From positions 66,130 through 130,129 of the forward strand of contig JAZNAU010000038.1 of NCBI GenBank assembly GCA_045586685.1: a DNA stretch of 64,000 bases, in the 5' to 3' direction. The DNA comes from Clostridia bacterium (GTDB lineage Bacteria > Bacillota > Clostridia > HGM11514). Under the pieces are notes generated by a model. It was not told where the DNA came from, searched no databases, and worked only from the letters and a program-made list of their open reading frames with translations. Position numbers and translations under genes: made by a program. Positions 51,901 to 59,635 of the stretch are shown piece after piece (within the stretch, counting starts at the first letter, position 1; every line of letters starts with the position of its first letter).

Positions 51901-52621
51901 ACAGTTCATCCTCAAATTCAGCATGATCAATGGTTGTCAGGAAAGTGGTATGACGACAATGATCCGACCAATAAGTATCAATCATTTTTATCTCGGTAAT
52001 AGTAGGGTCCCGCTTTTCACTTTGAAAATATTGCTGACAAAAGCAAATGTCATCATAATCCATTGCCAATCCCAGTTCTTTGATAAACGCTTTCAATTCT
52101 TCCGCATTTTTCTTACAAAAGCCTTCTAATACCGCAACCTGTTCAGGTACATCATAAGCCATATTCAAAGTATCGCAAGGTTCCAAAGAAGCTTCACGGC
52201 TTTCCACAGGGTTAATAACATATTTTTTAATCCGCTCCACATCGTCCTGACTCAAAGAACCATAAAGCAGATAAACCGTTGCAGTACGCACGAGAGGTCT
52301 GTCTTGTTTGGAAATAATCTGAGTACATTGTGCTGCAGAATCGGCACGTTGGTCAAACTGACCGGGCAAATATTCCACTGCAAACACTACTGCATCACCT
52401 GTATCCAAGGAATCGGATACCGTATCTAACTGGGGTTCGGAAAACACTGTGTTTTTACACTGTTCAAAAAGCTCGGGCGTAATCCGTTCCACATCATAAC
52501 GGTTCACCAACCTGATATTTGTTAACCCTTCAATTTGTAAAAGACCGGATAAGTCCTCTTTTAACGCCTTTGCTTCAAAAGCGAGCTCCGGCTTTTTTTC
52601 TACATAGATTCTATATACCAT
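48932..52621 (-). CDS. purL: Large-type FGAM synthase with fused glutaminase
   Basis: WSDHCRH, ETHNHPT, FPGTNCE, GICNGFQ, MGHSER. Confidence 0.96.
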   Translation of the reverse strand: MVYRIYVEKKPELAFEAKALKEDLSGLLQIEGLTNIRLVNRYDVERITPELFEQCKNTVFSEPQLDTVSDSLDTGDAVVFAVEYLPGQFDQRADSAAQCTQIISKQDRPLVRTATVYLLYGSLSQDDVERIKKYVINPVESREASLEPCDTLNMAYDVPEQVAVLEGFCKKNAEELKAFIKELGLAMDYDDICFCQQYFQSEKRDPTITEIKMIDTYWSDHCRHTTFLTTIDHAEFEDELLQKTFEEYLQTRQELGRTKPINLMDLGTLAGKYLKQQGKLDGLDESEEINACTVKIKVNVEGEEQDWLLLFKNETHNHPTEIEPFGGAATCIGGAIRDPLSGRSYVYAAMRVTGAADPLKPVSETMEGKLPQRKIVTTAAAGYSSYGNQIGLATGQVDELYHPGYAAKRMEIGAVIAAAPAKNVRRECPQDGDVVILLGGKTGRDGCGGATGSSKSHTLESLESCGAEVQKGNAPEERKLQRLFRNEEASLLIKRCNDFGAGGVSVAIGELADGIRIDLNAVPKKYEGLDGTELAISESQERMAVVVAEKDAKRFCQLADGENLESTVVAVVTEEPRLVMNWNGVEIVNLSREFLNSNGAEKHITVTAAKPEHYEKEISDDFSGQMKALAGDLNVCSKRGLSERFDSTIGAGTVLMPFGGRYQRTPIQTMVHKVSVEKQHTDTCSFMSWGYNPFISEKSPYHGAYLAVIESVSKLIAAGAEFKDVYLTFQEYFEKPMKDAKRWGKPLSALLGAFKAQMELEIAAIGGKDSMSGSFEKLDVPPTLVSFAVTTGKTSDVISPELKEAGNQVIWLKPEIDENGLPVTASLKNVYHMVTDLMRQGIVKACYTPTYGGVAEAILKMAMGNGIGFTFADGITTEELFGYSYGSFLLEVTEECDEALVVGTTTQRAEITYGGESVTLQELSEIYENKLESVFSCNIKQEESNIPTVSYQVESRVAPKIKVAKPKVLIPVFPGTNCEFDTAKALSDGGAEPEIIVINNLSSKGIAESVSYFAKKVEEAQMIFIPGGFSGGDEPDGSGKFITAFFRNQEVKEAVTDLLDNRDGLMCGICNGFQALIKLGLVPYGRILEPDEHCPTLTYNVIGRHQSKQVRTKITSNLSPWLANTNVGDIYTVPISHGEGRFIGEKELIEQLIQNGQVATQYVDDNGNPSSQVQFNPNGSMYAIEGITSPDGRVFGKMGHSERIGTGLYQNVPGNYDMGMFAAAVKYFL

Positions 52622-52633
52622 ACGTTTTTCTCC

Positions 52634-53902
52634 TTACTGTAGAGCTTTTAAGGCGCGCTGGCCAATATCCTTCCGATAGTGAGCATCGGTAAACGAGATT
52701 TGTTCTGTCAGGGCATAGGCTTTTTTGATGGCACTCTCTAAATCTTTCGCAACAGCAGTGGCACCCAGCACCCGTCCTCCCGCAGTATATAACTTACCAT
52801 CCTGCTCCTTTGCACCGGCAATATAAATCATTTCATCCTCATTGGGTTCAGGCAAGGTCATTTCGTAGCCTGACTGATAGGAAGTGGGATATCCGCCCGA
52901 TGCAACAATAACACAGCAAGCAGATTTTTCAGAAAATCGAACTTCAGCCTTGTCAAGTGTCCCCTTTGCAATATGCTCCATAATGTCAAACAAATCACTT
53001 TCCAAAAGGGGCAACACTACCTGAGTTTCAGGGTCGCCGAAACGGCAGTTATACTCAATCACCTTGGGTCCTTTTTCTGTCAGCATCAAGCCAAAATACA
53101 AGCACCCTTTAAAGGTTCTGTTTTCCTTCTTCATTGCCTGAATTGTAGGCATAAAAATGGTTTCCATACATTCATTGGCAATCTGTTCTGTATAATAAGG
53201 ATTAGGGGCAACGGTTCCCATACCCCCTGTGTTTAACCCTTCATCTCCGTCCAATGCACGCTTGTGGTCCATTGAGGAAATCATGGGGATTAAAGTTGTT
53301 CCGTCAGTAAAACAAAGAACGGAAACCTCTGGTCCTGTCAAAAATTCTTCAATGACAATCTGACTACCGCTTTCACCAAAAATCTTATCCTCCATCATGG
53401 AACGAACTGCATCCATTGCTTCGTCTCTTGTTTGAGCAATGATAACTCCTTTTCCAAGCGCCAGTCCGTCTGCTTTGATAACAGTAGGAATGGGAGCAGT
53501 TTTTAAATATTCCAAAGCAGGCTCCATTTCGGTAAACACTTCATAGGAGGCAGTAGGAATCCCATATTGTTTCATGAGATTTTTGGAAAATACTTTACTG
53601 CCTTCAATGATTGCCGCATCCCTGTTGGGTCCAAAACAGGGAATCCCGATTTCTTCCAATCGGTCAACCGCACCCAACACCAAGGGATCATCCGGTGCCA
53701 CAACAGCAAAATCAATGCTGTTTTCTTTGGCAAAGGTAACCATACCATCCAAATCCTTTGCACCGATATTCACACATTCTGCGTCTCTGCCGATTCCGCC
53801 ATTTCCCGGAAGGGCATACAGTTTTGTAATTTTAGGACTTTTCTTCAAAGCCTGAATCAAGGCATGCTCACGACCGCCGCCGCCAACAACCATAACTTTC
53901 AT
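52634..53902 (-). CDS. purD: Phosphoribosylamine--glycine ligase
   Basis: GGGGREHA, KADGLALGKGV, NTGGMG, RFGDPE. Confidence 0.97.
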   Translation of the reverse strand: MKVMVVGGGGREHALIQALKKSPKITKLYALPGNGGIGRDAECVNIGAKDLDGMVTFAKENSIDFAVVAPDDPLVLGAVDRLEEIGIPCFGPNRDAAIIEGSKVFSKNLMKQYGIPTASYEVFTEMEPALEYLKTAPIPTVIKADGLALGKGVIIAQTRDEAMDAVRSMMEDKIFGESGSQIVIEEFLTGPEVSVLCFTDGTTLIPMISSMDHKRALDGDEGLNTGGMGTVAPNPYYTEQIANECMETIFMPTIQAMKKENRTFKGCLYFGLMLTEKGPKVIEYNCRFGDPETQVVLPLLESDLFDIMEHIAKGTLDKAEVRFSEKSACCVIVASGGYPTSYQSGYEMTLPEPNEDEMIYIAGAKEQDGKLYTAGGRVLGATAVAKDLESAIKKAYALTEQISFTDAHYRKDIGQRALKALQ

Positions 53903-53918
53903 AACTTTTCCTCCCTTT

Positions 53919-55103
53919 TTAGTGATGGAACAATCTCATGCCTGTAAAGCACATTGCCATATTATATTTATTACAGGTTTGGATGACATTATCATCACGA
54001 ATGGAACCGCCGGGCTGTGCAATATAAGAAACACCGCTTTTCTTTGCTCGTTCAATATTGTCACCAAAGGGGAAAAATGCGTCACTTCCCAAACAAACAC
54101 CTGTCATCTTAGCCAGATAGGCTTTCTTTTCCTCACGGGTCAGTTCATCAGGCTGATGAGTAAAATATTGTTGCCAGTTACCGTCAGCCAACACATCTTC
54201 ACATTCATCGGAAATATAAACATCAATCACATTGTCACGGTCAGGTCTGCCCAAAGTATCTAAAAAAGGCAAATTTAACACCTTCTCATGCTGACGCAGA
54301 TGCCAGATATCCGCCTTATTCCCTGCAAGACGGGTACAATGAATTCTGGATTGTTGCCCTGCTCCTACACCGATTGCCTGACCATCCTTACAATAGCAAA
54401 CAGAGTTGGACTGGGTATATTTTAATGTAATCAAAGCAATAATCAAATCCCGTTTTGCTTCTTGAGGAATTTCCTTGTTGTCTGTCACAACGTTGGCAAG
54501 CAGTTCTTTGTTAATTTCAAAATTGTTTCTGCCCTGTTCAAAGGTAATGCCAAACACCTGTTTTACTTCCACAGGATCAGGAACATAATTAGGATCAATT
54601 TTTACAATATTATATCCGCCCTTACGCTTTGTTTTCAGAATTTCCAAAGCTTTTTCGCTGTAACCGGGAGCTATGACACCATCAGACACTTCTCTTTGAA
54701 TCAGTTTTGCAGTGATCTCGTCACATTCATCACTTAACGCAATCCAGTCACCGAAAGAAGACATTCTGTCCGTCCCCCGTGCTCTTGCATAGGCACAGGC
54801 AAGAGGAGACTGATCCAAGCCTTCAATGTCATCTACAAAACATGCCTTTTTCAACTCATCGCTCAAAGGCAGCCCGACTGCTGCAGAAGTGGGGCTTACA
54901 TGCTTAAATGAGGTTGCCGCAGGCATTCCCAGTGCTTCTTTCATTTCCTTGACCAACTGCCAGCTGTTAAAGGCATCTAAAAAGTTAATGTAACCCGGCT
55001 TCCCGTTTAAAATCTCAATAGGCAGTTCCGCGCCGTTTGTCATCATAATTTTTGCTGGTTTCTGATTCGGGTTACAGCCATACTTTAATTCAAATTCTTT
55101 CAT
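53919..55103 (-). CDS. purH: Stand-alone AICAR transformylase (PurH C-terminal part only)
   Basis: LKYGCNPNQ, KHVSP, SDAFFPF, QPGGSIRD; lacks the N-terminal IMPCH domain. Confidence 0.88.
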   Translation of the reverse strand: MKEFELKYGCNPNQKPAKIMMTNGAELPIEILNGKPGYINFLDAFNSWQLVKEMKEALGMPAATSFKHVSPTSAAVGLPLSDELKKACFVDDIEGLDQSPLACAYARARGTDRMSSFGDWIALSDECDEITAKLIQREVSDGVIAPGYSEKALEILKTKRKGGYNIVKIDPNYVPDPVEVKQVFGITFEQGRNNFEINKELLANVVTDNKEIPQEAKRDLIIALITLKYTQSNSVCYCKDGQAIGVGAGQQSRIHCTRLAGNKADIWHLRQHEKVLNLPFLDTLGRPDRDNVIDVYISDECEDVLADGNWQQYFTHQPDELTREEKKAYLAKMTGVCLGSDAFFPFGDNIERAKKSGVSYIAQPGGSIRDDNVIQTCNKYNMAMCFTGMRLFHH

Positions 55104-55825
55104 CAGCCATTTCCTCCGTTCTTATTGATCAACCTGGTTTCCCTTCTGCCCGTTTTCAAATCCCGATAGCAAACATACAAGGAAACCTTGTTTTCTTCAT
55201 CCAGATTTTCCCATAAATCCTTTGTAAATGCATCAATATCATCAGGAATTGCAATCCGTTCCGGTTCGCCTTGGAAGGTAGGAATGGGAGTTCCGTCACA
55301 CACATAAGTGTGAATAAAATGCCCTAATCCTTGCAAGGGTTCATAGGAATAGGTATAACGGTTGCAAGCGCTCCCTTCTGCATCCGCACTTTTTAAAATA
55401 CTCATCTGATAAGAAAAATCATTTTCCGAAAAAGTCAGCATACCGCTGATTCTAGGAGTCAGATTGGGAGCATCCGGCTCGAAACACCGAGTGGCAAGTG
55501 CCTGTTCAAAGGAACCACCCTTTTGCAAAAATTCATATATAGTATCCGTTTGATCTCCGTTGGTTACAATCATTTTATTTTCAAAGTTACGGACAGGGAA
55601 ATAAATAATCAATGAGGGATCCTCTAATTTGGAAGGGTCATAGGCATTGATTTCCACAGCCTCCCCTTTTTCAATAAAAATACGGTTACGGCTGTTTTCG
55701 CTCCGTCCCATAATAAAATAAGCAGAAACCGCACAACTGCTGCTTTTTCCAATCACAATACCACGGCCTACATAAGAATTTCCTTGAATTCTTTCGCCAA
55801 TGGATTTTGTTTCGTAAATATTCAT
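55103..55825 (-). CDS. Stand-alone IMP cyclohydrolase (PurO-like)
   Basis: YVGRGI, RSENSRNR, TNGDQTD, FEPDAPNLTPRISG. Confidence 0.85.
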   Translation of the reverse strand: MNIYETKSIGERIQGNSYVGRGIVIGKSSSCAVSAYFIMGRSENSRNRIFIEKGEAVEINAYDPSKLEDPSLIIYFPVRNFENKMIVTNGDQTDTIYEFLQKGGSFEQALATRCFEPDAPNLTPRISGMLTFSENDFSYQMSILKSADAEGSACNRYTYSYEPLQGLGHFIHTYVCDGTPIPTFQGEPERIAIPDDIDAFTKDLWENLDEENKVSLYVCYRDLKTGRRETRLINKNGGNG

Positions 55826-55827
55826 AT

Positions 55828-56430
55828 TTATTCTCCTAACAGTAATTTTTTAGAAACCATTTCTGTAGCTTTGGGAAGGAGCTTCCATTCTGCCTGCTCC
55901 ATCACACGTTTTTGCAGAACTTCGGGTGTATCCCCTTCTTGTATTTCTACAGCTTTTTGAAGGATAATGGCGCCTCCGTCAGGCACTTCGTTCACGAAAT
56001 GCACTGTTGCACCCGTTACCTTCACACCGTATTCCAATGCCGCTTCATGAACACGAAGTCCGTAAAAGCCTTTACCGCAAAAGGAAGGGATCAAAGATGG
56101 ATGCACATTGATGATTCTATCAGCATAAATTGACGTAAATTCTTTGCTTAAAATACACATAAAGCCTGCCAGAATAATCAAATCAATCTTCGCTTTTTGC
56201 AAGGTTTCCAAAAGCACCTTTTCAAAATCCCCCCCGTATGCTTTTCGGGATACAACCGCTGTTTTCACTCCCCCGTTTTTCGCACGGGTCAAGGCATAGG
56301 CATCATCATTGTTGGATATAACCAAAACAATCTCTCCGCTTGGAATTTCTCCCCGTCCTTGGGCATCAAGCAAAGCCTGCAGATTGGTTCCGCCCCCTGA
56401 AACTAACACGGCAATTCTTGTTTTCAGCAT
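55828..56430 (-). CDS. purN: GAR transformylase
   Basis: [24 protein letters not shown]. Confidence 0.96.
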   Translation of the reverse strand: MLKTRIAVLVSGGGTNLQALLDAQGRGEIPSGEIVLVISNNDDAYALTRAKNGGVKTAVVSRKAYGGDFEKVLLETLQKAKIDLIILAGFMCILSKEFTSIYADRIINVHPSLIPSFCGKGFYGLRVHEAALEYGVKVTGATVHFVNEVPDGGAIILQKAVEIQEGDTPEVLQKRVMEQAEWKLLPKATEMVSKKLLLGE

Positions 56431-57461
56431 AGTACGACACCTTCATCCGATTGGATAATTTCACCAATGATATACGCATCTTCACCGTTTTCTTTCAGGA
56501 CAGAAACCGCCTTTTGAGCATCCTTTGCCGAAACAACAATACTCATACCCACACCCATATTAAAGGTGTTGAACATATCACGTTCAGGGATATTTCCTGT
56601 CTTTGCAATTAAATCAAAGATAGGCAAAACCCGAACCGCAGATTTTTCGATTTTTGCACCAAATCCTTTGGGAATACTTCTGGGAATGTTTTCGTAAAAA
56701 CCTCCGCCTGTAATATGAGATACCGCTTTTACGGTCACTTGTTCAAACAAGCTTAACATGGGTTTTACATAAATTTTGGTAGGAGTCAGCAAAGTTTCAC
56801 CAACACTCTTTCCCCCTAATTCTGCAACAGGTACGGTAATATCGCTATGTTCCACATCAAACACCTTTCTCACCAGAGAAAAACCGTTGGAATGAACACC
56901 GCTTGAAGGAAGAGCGATAATCACATCTCCCTCACAAATGGTCTTATTATTTAACACCTTACTCTTATCCACCACGCCAACAGAAAAACCAGCCAAATCA
57001 TATTCATCCTCAGGATAAAATCCGGGCATTTCAGCGGTTTCTCCTCCGATTAACGCACATCCTGCCTGCACACAGCCTTCCGCCACACCTGATACAATGG
57101 CTGCAACCCGTTCGGGCACATTTTTTCCAACAGCCACATAATCAAGGAAAAACAAGGGTTTTGCTCCGCAACAGATGATATCGTTTACACACATAGCAAC
57201 ACAGTCAATTCCTACCGTATCATGCTTATCCATCAAAAATGCAAGTTTCAGCTTAGTACCAACTCCGTCAGTTCCGCTTACAAGAACGGGTTTTTCTATT
57301 CCCGTCATATCCAGTTCAAACAAACCGCCAAATCCGCCGATATCCGACATTGCACCCTGTGTCATGGTTTTTGCAATATGTTGTTTCATCAGTTCCACTG
57401 CTTTGTAACCGGCGGTAATGTCTACCCCTGCCTCTTTATAGCTTTCACTAAAGCTCTTCAT
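56424..57461 (-). CDS. purM: AIR synthetase
   Basis: [26 protein letters not shown]. Confidence 0.97.
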   Translation of the reverse strand: MKSFSESYKEAGVDITAGYKAVELMKQHIAKTMTQGAMSDIGGFGGLFELDMTGIEKPVLVSGTDGVGTKLKLAFLMDKHDTVGIDCVAMCVNDIICCGAKPLFFLDYVAVGKNVPERVAAIVSGVAEGCVQAGCALIGGETAEMPGFYPEDEYDLAGFSVGVVDKSKVLNNKTICEGDVIIALPSSGVHSNGFSLVRKVFDVEHSDITVPVAELGGKSVGETLLTPTKIYVKPMLSLFEQVTVKAVSHITGGGFYENIPRSIPKGFGAKIEKSAVRVLPIFDLIAKTGNIPERDMFNTFNMGVGMSIVVSAKDAQKAVSVLKENGEDAYIIGEIIQSDEGVVLC

Positions 57462-57542
57462 TTGTTTTTCGTCCTTTCTGACTCACCGAATAAAAACAAA
57501 ACGACGCCTTGCCGTGAGCCATTTGACAAGACGTGTTCTTTT

Positions 57543-58037
57543 TCAATTTTGATATTGTTGCTCGATTGCCGCATTCTTTTCCAGCACCTTTTTAGCAGCA
57601 TCCGTTCTTGCTTTGTTCAGTTTATTTGCAAGAGTTTCATCCGAAACGGATAATATTTGTAATGCAAGCAAAGCTGCATTTGCTGCTCCGTCAATGGCAA
57701 CAGTGGCAACAGGAATACCGCTTGGCATCTGCACAGTAGAAAGAAGGGCATCAAGCCCGTCCAATGTAGAAGATTTAATGGGGATTCCAATAACAGGCAA
57801 GGTAGTATTTGCCGCAACTGCACCTGCTAAATGAGCTGCCTTTCCTGCCGCCGCAATCAGAACACCGAATCCCTTTTCACGGGCAGTAGAAGAAAACTCC
57901 TTTGCCTGTTCCGGTGTCCGATGAGCAGAATACACATGCACCTCAAAGGGCACCTCATATTGACGCAATACATCAATGGCTTTTTCCACTACCGGTAAAT
58001 CACTGTCACTTCCCATAACGATTCCGACTTTTTTCAC
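57543..58037 (-). CDS. purE: N5-CAIR mutase
   Basis: [26 protein letters not shown]. Confidence 0.96.
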   Translation of the reverse strand: MKKVGIVMGSDSDLPVVEKAIDVLRQYEVPFEVHVYSAHRTPEQAKEFSSTAREKGFGVLIAAAGKAAHLAGAVAANTTLPVIGIPIKSSTLDGLDALLSTVQMPSGIPVATVAIDGAANAALLALQILSVSDETLANKLNKARTDAAKKVLEKNAAIEQQYQN

Positions 58038-58061
58038 TTGAATTCCTCCTCAACCTATGAT

Positions 58062-58088
58062 AAAAGGCAGTCCTAAAAAAGGACTGCC
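58062..58088 (-). terminator. Riboswitch expression-platform terminator before purE
   Basis: Minus strand GGCAGTCC-TTTTTTA-GGACTGCC-TTTT. Confidence 0.85.
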
Positions 58089-58160
58089 CAGACGGTCGGC
58101 ATTTTCTTCGTTTCTTGCTCCCTTGCGGTCACTCCGCACATCCGTCAGTCACAAAAAACT
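58086..58160 (-). ncRNA. ZMP/ZTP (pfl) riboswitch
   Basis: Minus strand GTGACTGACGGA..TGCGG-AGTGA-CCGCA.GGGAGCA...GCCGACCGTCTGGGC upstream of purE. Confidence 0.92.
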
Positions 58161-58170
58161 GTATATGTTT

Positions 58171-58199
58171 ATTATACATTGCAATTCCCTTTTTGTCAA
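58171..58199 (-). promoter_or_regulatory. sigma-A promoter of pur-fhs operon
   Basis: TTGACA-17-TATAAT. Confidence 0.85.
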
Positions 58200-58283
58200 G
58201 GTTTTGTACACAAATAAATTGGGTAATTTGTCCATACAATACCAAAATAATTCGTTTTATAAGAGAATTGTTTATTTCGTGTA

Positions 58284-58312
58284 TTGATTTTTATAAAAAT
58301 ATATGCTAAAAT
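58284..58312 (+). promoter_or_regulatory. sigma-A promoter of ECF operon
   Basis: TTGATT-17-TAAAAT with TGn. Confidence 0.65.
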
Positions 58313-58340
58313 GATAAAGTAAAAATGTAATAAATTCACA

Positions 58341-58550
58341 CAAAGTGTCGATTATACCGTAAAAGCTCCTTAGCAAGGCATAATCGATGAAAAGGGAATG
58401 GGGTTAGAATCCCCTGGGAAATACTGTCGGTGTATGTGTCAAAGTTTTTGTGCCCGTCGGTGAAAACCGGTCATTGGGAAACCGAGAAGGCAGAGCATAA
58501 AAACGGGGGCTTTTTTCGTCTATATGGCACGACTCACAAGACCTGCTTTG
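58341..58550 (+). ncRNA. Cobalamin riboswitch
   Basis: AAAAGGGAA-TGGGG-TTAGAAT-CCCC, GTCATTGGGAAACCGAGAAGGC, AGACCTGC; closing CAAAG/CTTTG; upstream of an ECF transporter. Confidence 0.85.
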
Positions 58551-58636
58551 ATGTTATCTTGAAAGTGCTTGGTTTGCATAGGGATAATAGTTTCAGTTTC
58601 GTTTCAACTGAATTGTGATTCATCACAGAAAAACTC

Positions 58637-58680
58637 AGCTGTGGTAATTTTTTTGAAAGAAAAAATACCACAGCTTTTTG
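58637..58680 (+). terminator. Leader terminator downstream of the cobalamin aptamer
   Basis: agctgtggta...taccacagct long stem followed by tttt. Confidence 0.75.
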
Positions 58681-58747
58681 ATTGCATGCGTCGTTTTTTA
58701 AACGGACAGGACTAAAAGAATAAAGGAGAAAAGAGTGAAATAAATAT

Positions 58748-59635
58748 ATGAGCGAATTTAAAACCTATCACCCGATTGTGAATTTTACATACTTTGTATT
58801 TGTAATCGGATTTTCCTGCTTTTTTATGCATCCTGCGTGTTTGTGTATTTCACTTGTAAGTGGATTTGCCTATTCCGTGATATTAAAAGGCAAGAAAACA
58901 ATAAAAAACAATATCATCTATATGCTTCCCATGATTATCCTGATGGCTCTTATCAATCCCATCTTTAACCACGAGGGCGCAACCATTATAAAATATTTGC
59001 CCGATGGGAATCCATTGACATTGGAATCAATTATTTACGGACTTTGTGCGGCTGTTATGATTATAAGTGTAATCTGTCATTTTAGTTGTTATAATGAGGT
59101 TATGACAAGTGATAAGTTTCTCTATCTGTTTGGAAAAATCATTCCTGCAATGTCTTTAATAATCTCTATGACACTTCGTTTTGTGCCAAAGTTCTCAGCG
59201 CAGTTAAAAGTGGTAACAAATGCACAAAGGTGTATGGGACGTGATGTGTCAAACGGCAGTATCATAAAACGAGCAAGAAATGGGCTTACTATTCTTTCAA
59301 TCATGACAACTTGGGCCTTGGAAAATGCCATTGAAACTGCAGACAGTATGAAATCAAGAGGATATGGAATACCAGGAAGAACGGCGTTTTCAATCTTTAC
59401 TTTTGATAAACGTGATAAGAAAGCACTCATTTGTATTTTTCTTTTGGGGATATATACATTTACCGGAAATCTAATGGGAGGAATGTATTTTAACTTTTTC
59501 CCATCAATGCAGGCAACAGAGGTGACACCGTTTAGCATCAGCGTATTTGTGGCATATCTGCTACTTTGTATTTATCCTATTATAATTGAAATGTGGGAGG
59601 TGAGAAAATGGAATGCTTTAAGATCGAAAATTTAA
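58748..59635 (+). CDS. ECF transporter T component
   Basis: YHP N-terminus, LRFVP, QRCMG, SMKSRGYG. Confidence 0.9.
   Translation: MSEFKTYHPIVNFTYFVFVIGFSCFFMHPACLCISLVSGFAYSVILKGKKTIKNNIIYMLPMIILMALINPIFNHEGATIIKYLPDGNPLTLESIIYGLCAAVMIISVICHFSCYNEVMTSDKFLYLFGKIIPAMSLIISMTLRFVPKFSAQLKVVTNAQRCMGRDVSNGSIIKRARNGLTILSIMTTWALENAIETADSMKSRGYGIPGRTAFSIFTFDKRDKKALICIFLLGIYTFTGNLMGGMYFNFFPSMQATEVTPFSISVFVAYLLLCIYPIIIEMWEVRKWNALRSKI

Noticed and set aside
43759-58102. 20-nt inverted repeats as ends of an invertible 14-kb segment
   Set aside because: The repeats are the conserved riboswitch P3 element; no invertase is adjacent
58430-58618. 62-aa ORF upstream of the ECF operon
   Set aside because: Overlaps the cobalamin riboswitch and has no RBS
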